This document shows positions 23,451 through 35,989 of a stretch of 64,000 nucleotides of DNA, in pieces (position 1 is the first letter of the stretch; each line of letters begins with the position of its first letter). The position numbers were made by a program, and so were the translations under genes. The notes beneath the pieces were generated by a model that saw only the letters and a program-made list of their open reading frames with translations, was not told the origin of the DNA and searched no databases. The stretch covers positions 1,519,438-1,583,437 of the forward strand of contig NC_083427.1 in NCBI RefSeq assembly GCF_020745735.1. The letters are read 5' to 3'. Source of the DNA: Hemiscyllium ocellatum (Eukaryota).

Positions 23451-24999
23451 GTCATGTTCCATATTTCCTGGCAAAAATGCTTTAAATTTACGAGGTCCAA
23501 TCAAAAATTGAATGGAAAGAAATCCATTTGTCTGTATTGAGAACACAGGGAATTGTTTTTGAAAAGAAAACCGTCTAAATTAAGGGAAATATTAAGCGAT
23601 GTCTTTTATGATCTAGATAAGTGTAAGGTTCAAGGAATTTGGCTCCAGAAGGAGGGAATTTCACAGAAACAGTGTGTACATTATACAAAAGCAAGGCTGT
23701 TTTGAAAGCTAATTTTAGGGAAAAAATGAGTTTATGGGAATTAAGAATAATATTTCGGCTATAAAATAGGCGTGAACTGTTCATTTCTACTCCCTGGTGA
23801 AATTCTGACCACTGTGATAGAAATCACAGTTCGAAGATGGGGAATTGATCTATGTGTGCTGCCAACCTGTACAAAGTGTTGGCGAGAACCGGTGAAACAG
23901 TCTGAGGATTCGAGCTGGACCATTTAGGAGAAATTTGAGGAGACATTTGTTCACCTAAAGAGTGGTGAGAATGTGGTTTCATTACCACAAGAAGTAGTTG
24001 ATACTAATATATTGAAAGTGTACAACAGGCGGCGAGACATAGCACTTGGAGGGGACAGGGTAAAATGTTGTGGGGAGAAAGCAGGATTAGGCTATTGATT
24101 TGGACGATTAGTAGGATCATGAAGAATGTCAGAGCAGGCTCGAAGGTCTGAATGGCCTGCTTCTGTTCCTATCTTCTATGTTTCCATTTTTCGATATAGT
24201 AGAGATTCTACTTGCGTAAGGAAAAATTTTGCTTCCTCAAGTACTTGAACAAGGCCTCCAGATTTCTTTTGTCTCTGGTGTGTAAACGCACTTCTGTTGA
24301 CTTATCAAAACCACAATGATATCAAAATGAAAAGCTTGCTCAAAGTTATTTCCTGATTATTACATGAGATCAAATTGTCTCGTTAGCAATAAACGTAAAA
24401 CAGATTATTGGAAATAAATCATTAATATTTCAAGACTTGGTTTTTGTTTTAACATAGAAAGAAATGCTTTAATAAGGAGATGGGACAAGGTTTAGGAAGC
24501 CGTATACAGAATGTCGAGTCTCGGAGGCTGTAAGTACATTGATTAGTTTTTGGACAGTTGAAATGAGGAATTCTTCAGAGGTTAGTGCATCAACACAAAT
24601 GTCTCACACGATTTCAAATCGAGGATATGTTAGAGTTAGAGTTGAGTGAAGCCATTGAGAGCTTGAGGACAAGGAAGAGAATTCCGAAATCGAGGGATTG
24701 CTTGACATGACGAAATTACATCACAAAGCAGAGAGCCGGTCCTGCGTACTTGGCCTGAGATTAAGACATTGCAGATGGTGATTAGAAGACCCAAAGTTAG
24801 AAAGTGGGAGTTTGGCCAGGGATGCATTTTCTACATTGTATAAATTTGTCTTAATGTTTGAGCAGTAGATAAGCTTCCCGTCAAATCAGACAGTGAAGTT
24901 AGATATAAAAATAGGTTGTCTTAACGAGGAAGTTGAGTGGCGACCATTAAGAGGTTTATAAAATCATGAGAACAATGTATAAGTTAAATATCAAAGTAT

Positions 25000-25660
25000 A
25001 TTCCCGAAGGAATATGACTCCAAATCTAGAATGGATAGTTTTAAGGATTGAAAGGAATCTGTGGTTCAGGTTTTTTTTTGCAGAGAGCGTGGTGTGTATA
25101 TGAAATGACCTTCCAGAGAAAGTGGTAGAAGTGGTACTGTAACAAAAATTAAATGATTTTCGGAAGGTAAATGAAGAGGAGATGGACAAAGTATCAGTAA
25201 ATGAAGAAGGCCCTTGGAATGCTTTCCGTTATTGGTCAGTGCACTGAGTATGAGTAAGTAGGTCATGTGACAGCTGTACAGGATATTGCTTCGGTCGCTT
25301 TTGGAATATTGTCTGTAGTGCTGGTCTCCCTGCTTTGGGAAGGACGTTCTGAAATTTGAGAGACTTCATAAAACGAGTTACGAGGATGTTTCTAGGGTTG
25401 AAGGTGTTGAGCTATAGGAGACGCTGAATTGGCTGGGATTATTTCCCTTGGTGCGTCAGAAGCTGATTTGTGACCATATCGAAGTTTATAACATTATGAA
25501 TGGTAATGAGAACTGAAATAGACAATGTATTTTCCCCTGTGTGAGGAAGTCCAAAGATGGAGGGTGAAGGATTAAGGTGAGAGCGGAAGATATGAAAGAC
25601 TTCTAAATGATATGTTTTTTCTCACTGAGGATGCTGCGTTAATAGATTGAGCTACCAGTT
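25000..25660 (+). mobile_element. CR1-type LINE 3' fragments
   Basis: Decayed LEYCLxCWSP, KDVLKFERL and SYRxxLNWLGLFPL-like blocks. Confidence 0.6.
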
Positions 25661-25901
25661 GGACGTTTGATTGAAATGTTTCTTTCTGCTCCTTGGACTC
25701 CATCAGTAGAACAAGTGTGGAGCTCACCTCAAGGTTAAATATGATGCTGACATTACGAGGAACTTCTTATAGCAACATGATGTTCTGATACAATAATATG
25801 ATTTTTTGGGTATTATTTGAGAGTAAGCGATTGTACATGACATCACCGAAACAATGTAGCCATCTATATGCAAGAGAGTAAGTCTTAATTTGTAATTTTA
25901 G

Positions 25902-26222
25902 GCAGACAGCCTTCTCCACCAGTCATCAGTCTACACTACTCTGCCACTGAAGAACAGAGGGCAAACGGATTTCTTCAGCTGATTTGTCTCATCACTGGAT
26001 ACTATCCTGAAGGAATTGCAGTGACCTGGCAGAAGAACGGACATACCTTAAATTCTGGCTTTACAACTACATCTCCAACGAAAACAGCGATCAATGATTT
26101 TAGCTCGACAAGTTTGCTTAAAGTGTCCCTGCAGGAATGGAACAGCGGCTCTGTGTATATCTGTCAAGTTTCTCATTCTGCTTCCAATAGTAACCAGAGA
26201 AAAGAAATTAGTTCAACATCGG
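25902..26222 (+). CDS. IgNAR: IgNAR C1 exon
   Basis: Acceptor taattttAG at 25901; (G)RQPSPPVISLHYSATEEQRANGFLQLICLITGYYPEGIAVTWQKNG...EWNSGSVYICQVSHSASNSNQRKEISSTS; donor GTAAG at 26223. Confidence 0.96.
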
Positions 26223-27664
26223 GTAAGAAAACTAAAAAAACTCACAGGCTCACATTCATAAACGTAATCAGTTTTGTAATAAATATTAGACAAGATGGAA
26301 AATTACTTTGTTGGGTTATTACTGAGAATGAGGCATTCTTGAATTAGTTGCAGTGAGTAACATCAATAGGAATTTGTAGTCCAGAGAAATGTTACAGCAA
26401 AAATAAGTCGAAATGAAACAGGTACCTAAACCCGCTCTTTCAAAAAAATAGTGGAGAATAACATCAGAAATTATTTCCCTTTGCTCTGTATCGGTCAGAC
26501 TGAAATAACCAAAGTTCTTGGAAGAAGACAGAGGAAAAGAGACAGATATAGAGACATTATGAAGAAAGCAACTGAAAGAGAGAGATTAGTGAGCAAACCT
26601 CTTAACTGACAAGTTTAGGCAGAGTTTCTGGATATTCTCAGAATTAAAAACTCTATACAACGTGGTAATCCCCCGCTTTTGCTTATTTTCCAAGTCAGTT
26701 CAGAGCAGCAAAATAAAGCTTTGACAATGCACACACATCATTACAAAGGAATCATTTTCAACAATGCGTATTTGTAAAGCTGTCGCTAGTGAGGATTTAG
26801 AATTGTCTGTTGCTGATTGCTGCCACGCAATTGTAGATAGGATGTATTGGGGGGACAATGTTCAGAGAAGCTAAGGGGAGAGATAAGGTGTCTGGTGGAA
26901 AGAGATAGAAATTTGTTATTGGAAGGGGTTCTACAGAATGTTTATTTGGATCATTTATTATATAGATCATCATTTAGACAGGACTTTAAAATACCTATCG
27001 GTGATAATGATCTCAATGACCTTAGGTGCTTAAAATGCATCGACCGTCATGATGTGGTAAATTTTCTCTGTCTCTACCTGTCTACCTTGCTCTAGAACTC
27101 TGTTTTATTCCTGTCAGTTTTTTAACCTCTGTCTTTGCCTATCTATCTGTCTGTCTCTGCTTCCTCTGATCGCTGTCGTTCTGTCACTTCATCTTTGTTT
27201 TCACTGATCATGTGTCTATGTCTCGGTTTCTATGTACCTCTATGTCTAGGAATTATTTCTACTTTCGTCTTCTTGTTTCTGAAAGTTGGAATCATTTTTC
27301 GTGCATCAATTACTGTTGCTCCTTTTGCTTCTCTTAGGATTTGCACCTGTAGCTGTCCAATCCTCTATTTCTTATCTTCTTTCCCTCTAGCCTCTCCGTC
27401 CGTCTCTGGCTAGCTTCTCTGATCTGTCATCTCAAGCTCCCATTCACTAGCTTTATATCTCTATTTCTATACCTGACTCACAATTTGTCTGTCTCTGAAT
27501 CTGTCTCTATGAATGCTCACTTCACGGACCCACACGAAACACTTCATTCATCCAAATCTTTCTCTGACTTTCCTTATTGCTTGCTCTGTTTCATAATTCT
27601 ATTGGCAGAAGCAAATGATGTAAAACAACAAATCTGAAAAGATGCAATGGCACTTCATATTTGT

Positions 27665-27710
27665 TGTGTGTGCATGTGTGTGTGCATATACATGTGTGTG
27701 TGGATATATC

Positions 27711-27752
<42 letters not shown>

Positions 27753-27760
27753 AACAAACA
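27665..27760. repeat. Compound (TG)n/(TA)n/(CA)n microsatellite
   Basis: Interrupted tg repeats, an uninterrupted ta run around 27715-27742, then ca repeats, in the C1-C2 intron. Confidence 0.9.
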
Positions 27761-27893
27761 CAAGTCACATGAGAGAGAGATGGTTGCATTTTTCATCCCT
27801 TCTTTGTTCACTGATTTTGACATTCTTGTTGCACGCCTGGTTACATTATTGGATCAGGGACCAGAATCTGAATCTCTGATTTCTCTCTGACAG

Positions 27894-28190
27894 AGATAGC
27901 TGTATTATTGAGGGAGCCATTGGTTGAAGAAATCTGGATCAATAAAAGTGCCATTCTGGTTTGTGAAGTGCTTTCTACAGTTTCCAGTGGGGTAGTTATC
28001 TCTTGGATGGTGGATGGAAAGGTGCGGAATGAAGGCGTTCAAATTGAAGCAGCGAACAGAAACCGATATGTGACAATCAGTCGCTTGACTAGCACCGTGG
28101 ACGAGTGGCAGAGTGGGGTGGAATACACATGTTCTGCAAAACAGGATCAATCATCACCCGCAGTATCAAAACGAACAAGAATGGCAAGAG
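27894..28190 (+). CDS. IgNAR: IgNAR C2 exon
   Basis: Acceptor ttctctctgacAG at 27893; EIAVLLREPLVEEIWINKSAILVCEVLSTVSSGVVISWMVDGK...EWQSGVEYTCSAKQDQSSPAVSKRTRMAR; donor GTTGGT at 28191. Confidence 0.95.
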
Positions 28191-28270
28191 GTTGGTGACA
28201 AGAACTATGTATTTGTACATGTCATTTTATGAGCGAGGAAATACTAAAAATGTATGTACTTCTATTACAG

Positions 28271-28588
28271 TTAAATCAATGAAGCCATATATCCGCCTCC
28301 TGCCTCCATCACCAGAAGAAATTCAGAACAGCAGCTCTGCTACTCTCACATGTTTGCTGAGAGGATTCTATCCTGACAAAATACGCGTTTTCTGGGAGAA
28401 AGATGGAGCTTCTGTCAACGAGAACATCACCAATTTCCCCACTGCTCTGGAACAGGACCTGACCTACAGCGCACGGAGCCTCCTCATTTTACCTGCAGCG
28501 GAATGGAAGAGTGGCGCAAAATACACCTGTACTGCCTCGCATCCACCTTCACAGTCCACTGTGAAAAGGGTCATCAGGAGCCCGAATG
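28271..28588 (+). CDS. IgNAR: IgNAR C3 exon
   Basis: Acceptor tctattacAG at 28270 (80-nt intron); VKSMKPYIRLLPPSPEEIQNSSSATLTCLLRGFYPDKIRVFWEK...EWKSGAKYTCTASHPPSQSTVKRVIRSPN; donor GTAAG at 28589. Confidence 0.96.
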
Positions 28589-29239
28589 GTAAGGACAGTG
28601 TTCTAGCAACCATGTTCAACATTAACACTTTGTGTTAAATATCAACAGAACATGAAATCTTAACTAAACATTCTAAGGTTCCAGCAATTTTAAAATACAC
28701 AAGATCTTTTGGAATGAAACACCTTTAGCACACTGCACATGGCTATGAGGTAAACAGGAGAAGCAATAACATCCAACAAGCGCATGGTCTCAAGGAGTGT
28801 GAAGCCTGCTGATATTAAAAAAGGAAGGAACCTCCTGTGGCGCATTGCCCTCTTGTGGCATCCTGGACCAAGATGCTTGTGTTTACTTGCCACCTCCTCC
28901 AGAGTTGTGTGTTGAGTTATCTGAACAGGTTGACGAGAAAAATAGGTTAACTAAAAACTTATGTTAAGAGAAAGGGCTGAAACACAAGATTAATGCTTGA
29001 AGGCGTGTGGTCTTTCGAGAACAATGAAATTTGTTGAGAGGATGATTGTGTCGAAATGATTTTGTGTTTTGCTTGCTTCTGTCACTGCTTCATGCTCCAC
29101 CTTTGATACCAGCTCGAGCGGTTGCTGACAGTCAACTGAAAGGTACTTAGAAATGCAAACATTTGTCGACGAGTAGAATTCATGCACATGAATTAACGTG
29201 TGCATTGGAAGGATTATATTATTCAGCCCTTTGACCATG

Positions 29240-30120
29240 GAGGTCACATGGAGGGCAGTGACAATGGATGTTGTAGATTACCGATGGACAGAGGTAAGAT
29301 GCAGCCCTGGATTGAGGGTGCCAAGTGGAATTTAATGCGGAAAGCTGTGAGGTGGTTCACTCTGGAAATAGTTAAATGAGTCAAGTGTTCAAGGGGCACA
29401 TGGTGAGATTTTTGGTGGTGCAGATGAGCAGAGGGATCTCAATGTCCATGTGCAGAGATCCTTGGAAGTTGCCACCCATGTTGATGGAGTTATTAAGAAG
29501 AATTACGCTATTTTAGTTTTGATTGGTAGAGGGAATGAGTTTCGGAACCATGAGTTCATATTACCTCGATGAAAAACTCTGGTCCGGCCACAGTTGAAGT
29601 ATTGCGTAGAGTTCTCGTCACCACACTATAGGAAGGATTTGCAAGTTTTGTAAAGGGTTCAAAGGAGATTTACTGGGATGCTGCCTGATACAGAGGCAAA
29701 TTCTTATCAGAAATGCTGATGGACGTGAGAATGTTTTCGTCAGAGTGAAGAAGTTTGGGATGTGACTTCATTGAGATATATAAGATAATCAGAGGCTTAG
29801 ATCGGGTGGACAATGAGAGCCTTTATCTTCGATTGGCAATGGATAGCACGCAGGGACATAGCTTTAACGTAAGTGTGATAGACACGGACAGAGGTCTGAG
29901 GTAGTTCCTTTACTCACAGAGTAGTAGGAGCATGGAACGCACTGCCTGCTACAGTAATTGACTCGCAAACTTGAAGGGCATTGACATGGTCATTGGATAT
30001 GGATATGGACGAGAATGGCATAGGGTAAGTTAGATTGGCTTCAGAGTAGTTTTACAGGTCGGGGAAAGATCGAGGGCCGAAAGGCTTGCACTGCGTTGTA
30101 ATGTTCCATGTTTCATATTC
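29240..30120 (+). mobile_element. Decayed CR1-type LINE 3' part in the C3-C4 intron
   Basis: KTLVRPQLKYCVEFSSP-like block, FFTHRVVGAWN-like end and 3' UTR. Confidence 0.75.
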
Positions 30121-31520
30121 TAGATGATTAATTTCATTTTGATCAGTATTTTTTTCACAATTCCATTCCCGCCTCTATCACTTAATTGCATGAGCTGAAA
30201 GGTTTTGAAAAAGCAAGACTATTTGGATGGAACTGATCATGGAACGTAAAATATGAACCACCTATTGAGGAAGAAATGGTAATGGAGCGCAACTGAACTC
30301 AGGTCGCGAATCGACAAATTCATGTTAACAGTCTGCTAGGTTGAACAGAGTCGCAGCGGAATAGATGAACTCAGGACAGCCAGAGGAAAAGCAAGTATTC
30401 ATACTTAAGAGTTTGGAATGCGAGACAGTAATATTAATCAACAAGAGAGTAGTTTTTTCAATATTCTCCCTCCCAGACAACCTGACAGAGGCAGTGACAT
30501 AACAGAGGAACTGCATAAGCTTTGCAATATGCGCACAAAATAAAATTATGCCGTTTGAAGTACAGAATAGACATGAAGCATCATTCCTCACAAGTATTAT
30601 TGAAACTTTCAGAGATAACCCGTTCTGTGAATTTTGTAATTGTACGAAAATTTAAGGTAACAATACAAGCAGAACATTCAAGAACCTTCTTTTCATTTGT
30701 ACTTTACGTCATGCACAAAGAAAGTAACTGTTATTGTACTAAGAGCAACCATTTTTCCTTTAGCAATCTAGAAGCATGCTTTCCCCTACGTTATGCATTC
30801 CTTTAAAATTATCACGATTCTGAACAACTGTTAGTTTTGGCTATTCCCAAAACCAGAGTTGAGAACTGAAAGACATGTGCTCGCAATATTTTAGATTTCC
30901 TCACTTAACACTCTTCAAAGATGAGTAATATGAAAAACATCTCTTGAATGGGCCCTTGACTGGAACTGAATCATGCAGCAAGTATCATTTATTTTCAAAT
31001 AAAAGCCTGCCTAGGAAATAGGGAGCAAAGTCAGTTGAAAGGATGCAATCAATAAAATGCAGTTTGATACCAGTTCAATTTCTCCATGAGTTTTTCTGAC
31101 ACAGAGCAAATAATGTAAGCTCATGTACAGGGGACACATATGATATGTGTTTGCTCGTCTGGGATTGGATTCCGATAAATGCAGTTCATGTGGCAGCAAC
31201 TGTCTTCTGACATTGGTAACTGCAATAGGTGAAAATGTGCAGCACTCGAATGGAGACATTAGACCTCAGTATACCCAAGGCAAAGCAGTTTCCAAATTGT
31301 TCAAGATTATATCAGAAATATTACTGAAGGCTTACCACAATATTCAGAGTGAATGCAACCAGTACGAAAAGGAAGACACAGCATCTGATTAACTAAGCCG
31401 AAACGATCTCAGAAAACAGATAACATATCGCAGTAAGTAAAACTATTTCCAACTCTAGTAGTGTTTTGGAATTGATTTCGATATCGCAGCCTGAAAACAT
31501 GCATTCTTTTCTGTTTCCAG

Positions 31521-31841
31521 GTGATTGCCGTCAGACAGATATTGCTGTCCATCTACTGAAACCTCCGTTCGAAGAGATTTGGACACAAAAGACAGCGACC
31601 ATTGTGTGTGAAATCATTTACAGCAACTTAGAAAACATCAACGTTTTCTGGCAGGTGAATGGGGCTGAAAGAACAAAAGGAGTCAAGACAGAAAATCCTG
31701 TTTGGAACGGAAGTAAATTCACCATTTTGAGCAAACTTAAAGTCATTGCGTCAGAGTGGGACAGCGGTGCCGAATATGTTTGCTTGGTAGAAGACAGTGA
31801 ATTACCAACACCAGAGAAAGCTTCTCTCAAGAAGAAAATTG
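31521..31841 (+). CDS. IgNAR: IgNAR C4 exon
   Basis: Acceptor ctgtttccAG at 31520; GDCRQTDIAVHLLKPPFEEIWTQKTATIVCEIIYSNLENINVFWQVNG...EWDSGAEYVCLVEDSELPTPEKASLKKKI; donor GTAAGT at 31842. The extra N-terminal Cys (DC) is the candidate interchain disulfide. Confidence 0.96.
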
Positions 31842-32636
31842 GTAAGTCGGGATAGTACTGCAATAACAACAAAATAGAATTGATTTCGGAAGTCTGAATT
31901 GAAAAAAATATTTCGAAGAAACAGAGCAGGAATGGCAGAATCCATATAGAGAAAAATAGCGTGAACCTTTCCAGTCCAGTATGTATCTTCCTAAAAATAG
32001 TAATTTACGATATTTTGATATAAGCCTGACTCATAAACTAGTTCAATGGAAAAAGAAATCCTGTCAAACCATTAATGCATTACAGTAAATGGCCCCAAAT
32101 CAGCAGCAGCAAGTGGCTCATTGGTTTTCACTGCTGCCTCAGGGAACAGGTTCAATTCCAACTCTGTGGAGAGGGTTCCCAAGTTGACGTGGGCTTCCAT
32201 TGCGTGCTCCAGTTCTCGTCGACTATGTGCAAGTTAGATGGAATGGCAATGGGGTACGTGCTTTTGTCGGGAGTGGGTCTTGGAGGGATGCTCTTTGGCG
32301 TGTGGGTATGGACTTGTTGGGCCAAATGGCTTGTTAAAACGCTATGAGGAAATCATGGAAAGTCAATAGCCGTGGCTTCTTCTTTAATGAAAATGAGCGT
32401 GAAGATCTGTAAGTGGATGAATCATTTGCACCCCACGAATGGCAATCTTTACAAAATGTATGATTGGATCCAAGATTTAAACCAGCAAAGTAGGGGACAT
32501 GAAATGCTGTAGCATTCAGAAATATTTGCAGTCTGACAGATACTAAATATTTTATAAACTATATGCATTACTAGCAATGAAATTCTAACACAGATGTAAG
32601 ATGGTCTCAGCTAAACAAACATCACTCTCTTTGCAG

Positions 32637-33019
32637 ACGACCAAATGCGTCCGCCTCAGGTTTATCTCCTGCAGCCATCGACAGACGAGATTGACGCTGA
32701 GAATTCAGCGACCCTTATGTGTCTCGTCACCAGCTTTTACCCAGCTGAGATCTACATTGGCTGGATGGCTAATGACACCCTTTTGGATAGCGGGTACCGA
32801 ACCCAATTGGATAGCCAGGCGGGGAATGGTTCCAACTTCGTGACCAGCAGGTTGAGAGTCACAGCGGCGGAATGGAACAATGACATCACTTACTCCTGCT
32901 TAGTGGGGCACCCATCCCTCAGCCGGGAGTTAATCAGGAGTACAAATAAATCTCATGGTAAACCGACAGCTGTCAATGTTTCAGTCGTACTAAGCGATAT
33001 TGTTAAAACCTGCACATAA
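32637..33019 (+). CDS. IgNAR: IgNAR C5 exon with contiguous secretory tail
   Basis: Acceptor ctttgcAG at 32636; DDQMRPPQVYLLQPSTDEIDAENSATLMC...YSCLVGHPSLSRELIRSTNKSH; internal donor G|GTAAAC after 32957 for TM splicing; tail GKPTAVNVSVVLSDIVKTCT* with NVS sequon and penultimate Cys; stop 33017-33019. Confidence 0.96.
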
Positions 33020-33339
33020 CTTGCAGTGATTGACTAACTGTTTTCCATAGATAGGTTCATGTTACTATGGTAATAACTGTTAGAGTAACTGTTTAAGCAT
33101 TTTCAATTCATTGCACGCATCAGTCACATTTAAGATCAGTGATCACTTTTGTAAAAAAGAAAGCAGCCACTGTTCCAAATTACATCTGTTGGTAAAAGAT
33201 AATTAAGCTTAGACTCTGAAATGTAAAGAAAGCATTGTCTTTTAATTCTGATCGTTCTGAAGATCGCTTGAAACGTTCCACCCCGCTACTGCAGGAAAAA
33301 TACACCGTGTTTAAGTCTGTATGTGGCTCCGATGGTTGT

Positions 33340-33345
33340 AATAAA
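33340..33345 (+). terminator. Candidate polyadenylation signal for the secreted form
   Basis: First AATAAA after the secretory stop; a second lies at 33589-33594. Usage not demonstrated. Confidence 0.45.
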
Positions 33346-34377
33346 TGCAGAATGGAAATACTTTGACTTACTTATTCTTGGTTTGCATGTATTGTACTTC
33401 CAGAAAGATGATTTTGACATTGATTGAAATGTGTGTGATACCCACTTGTGAGAAGTCAGCACTACAGCTTGTTTACACGTGCAGACCTTTAGAGCCACTC
33501 GGCTTCACTCTGAGTAAGCCACACTGATCCTCACCATTTTTGGCTGCACTCCTCCATCATGCAGAGCCAATGGGCAATTGCGTGGTTAAATAAAATGATT
33601 GAAGATATTGTGGTGTCAACTTGTTCAGTGTTGCGAATCAGTTCTCCAAATTGGTCTGACCTTCATGTAGCCAGTCTTGGAAAGCACTCTACGTCCAGTC
33701 GTGACGTCCAGTCATAGTCTGTCGTATTTGTGTTGCATTTTCACAAGGATCCCTGCTTGAGCCCTTACCCACAGCAGGCTACACGCATTCCATCACAGAG
33801 ATCATGCTAGCAAGCTCAGACTCCATTTCGACACTGATATCACATAATTCTCTCTCACAACCGTCTATTTTTCCTCTGTCTGTCTATGTCTAATACATTC
33901 GCAGACATGACATAAAATCAAACAATGCTTAATCCACAATCATTGCCCTTTTGTCTGTCGACAACTCAGGTTCGTCACTCATTGGCATCATTCAGCTTTT
34001 GTCCATTTCCTGTGGTGACAGTTGTTTTCTTTTCTGACTTGAAATTCGACATAAATGGAATATTTAAGTCCATCAATCAACCCAAACGAAGACTGCCATT
34101 TTCTGGTTTGTGTGCTTTCACCAAAATCATATGATTCAAACTGACTGTTTCACCCATTCGTTGTCTGCTATATATCTTTCACTCTCTATAGTCTTAAATT
34201 TACACCAAACTGAATTACCAGGTATATGAATTCGTTGAATTTCCCATTTACCCAACACTACTGAACTTTTCAACCATGTCTATTAATACTTCCCGTGCAA
34301 AACGCATCCTCACTTATCAAAATAATATTCAGTGAGTCAAATTCGTGTTTGGATACCCTTGCATTCATTTAACCTGT

Positions 34378-34650
34378 CTTTGCATGTATTCCATAGAACA
34401 TAGAACATAGAACAATACAGTGCAGAACAGGCCTTTCGGCCCTAAATGTTGCACCAACATGTGGACTTTTCTCATCTCGTCCCCATACACTATCCCCAAA
34501 TCATCCATGAGCTTATCTAAGGATTGTTTAAATCTCCCTATTGTGGATGAGTTGACTACCTTAGCATGTAGGGAATTCCACGCCCTTACCACTCTCGTGT
34601 AAATAACTTGCCTCTGACATCAATCTTAAATCTATCACCCATTAATTTGA
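34378..34650 (-). mobile_element. CR1-type LINE 3' end with (catagaa)n tail
   Basis: catagaacatagaacatagaacaatacag tail; minus ORF RVVRAWNSL...FKQSLDKLM. Confidence 0.8.
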
Positions 34651-35069
34651 AGTTATAATACAGTTATAATTCTGATACAGTATGAAGAGTTTCACTCTTA
34701 CAGCATCATTCCTGCGTCAGTGTAAGAATCGTTGCTTCGAACGTCACCCGTGAAGAAACTCCACACTAACCCTAAATATTAGCAGGCGAAATCAGAGTCC
34801 ACCTTGAAACATCCATTTGAAGTATTATATGTGGATGCAAATCCATTATCAATCAGCTGATTCTATCGTTGGTGTAATAGAGTTATGTCATTTCCAACCT
34901 GTGCACCAAACAGACCATTTTCCATGTATCAGTCGGTCTCCCAGCATCTGTGGAGAGAAAGCATTATTATTTTGTTCACGTGACCTTCATTAAAACCAAC
35001 GAGGAAGGGTCACTCGAAACGAAATGTTATCTCTGAGTTATCTCCACCGATGCTGACAGTTGGATTGGT

Positions 35070-35210
35070 ATATAAATAGGAATGATTTATAAGGATATGG
35101 GTCAAGTGCTGGCAGGCCGGTCTAGATTGGGTTGGGATATCTGGTTGGCATGGACGGGTTGAACCGGAGGGTCGGTTTCCATGCTGTACATCTCTATGAC
35201 TCTATGACTG
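35070..35210 (+). mobile_element. Short CR1 3' UTR copy, same subfamily as the element at 1527-2850
   Basis: ...tttccatgctgtacatctctatgactctatgact matches the reverse complement of the sequence starting at 1527. Confidence 0.8.
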
Positions 35211-35989
35211 TATGTCCTGAGTCTTTTGAGCAATTTTTACTTTAGTTTATGATTTGCAAGATCAACAGATTTTTTTTTACTTTTTTATTTAAAGTGTCAT
35301 GGCTGAAATAGTGCACACAATAAGCTGAAAACAATGCAGCAATCTGGAGAGTTGGTTGGCAGGCTTGTGTCTAGATTCAACTGCATCTCTGATGCCTCTT
35401 CTCCCCCCAAAAAACTAAATTTTGACATGGGAGGAAAAACTGTTGAGCAAAGCATTTGAAACATTCCGAATCTGCAAGGCACAAATTTCACATTGGCTAT
35501 TCTGATTCGAAGTTTTTCGTGAGGTTATGTGTTCTGAATAGTTTATGAGGGAAGAATGCAAAGGATTGTGGTTCTGAAATGTATACATGACCACGAAAGC
35601 CTACGCCATTGGTCAGGTGTTAGATAGCACGCTCAGGTCACCTGCTTTGGTAGACATACATGTCTGAACAGCTGGTCATGAATGTGATGAAATGTATTGA
35701 CATTCAGCAGATTTCGCAGTTTCAGGACATGAAATACTTATTCTCAGTCGATTGTATCTCCGCATGTGATACTCTGCTTTGCTTTTCGATGTGACAAAAC
35801 TCCATGTTGAAAGGCATATCTGTGCGTGGATAGATCTGTTCAACGTGATGTGACAACTGTTCGTGCTGGATTGGTGATTGGAGAGTTCATTTTCAATTGT
35901 CTGTTCTGTGTATCTGTACATGAGGCTGTCTCTGAGTGGGAAAATTTCGAAACAAGTTTTGCTTTTGATGACTTTCCCCGTGGTAGGCA

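Noticed and set aside
26520-27600. GA-rich and CT-rich tracts in the C1-C2 intron as a possible switch-like region (also 48050-48300 and 57260-57520)
   Set aside because: No tandem AGCT/GGGGT-type repeats; low complexity or repeat-derived. Sharks lack canonical switch regions.
34835-34842. Additional exact octamers (34835 +, 4125 -)
   Set aside because: No supporting promoter or motif cluster; frequency compatible with chance.
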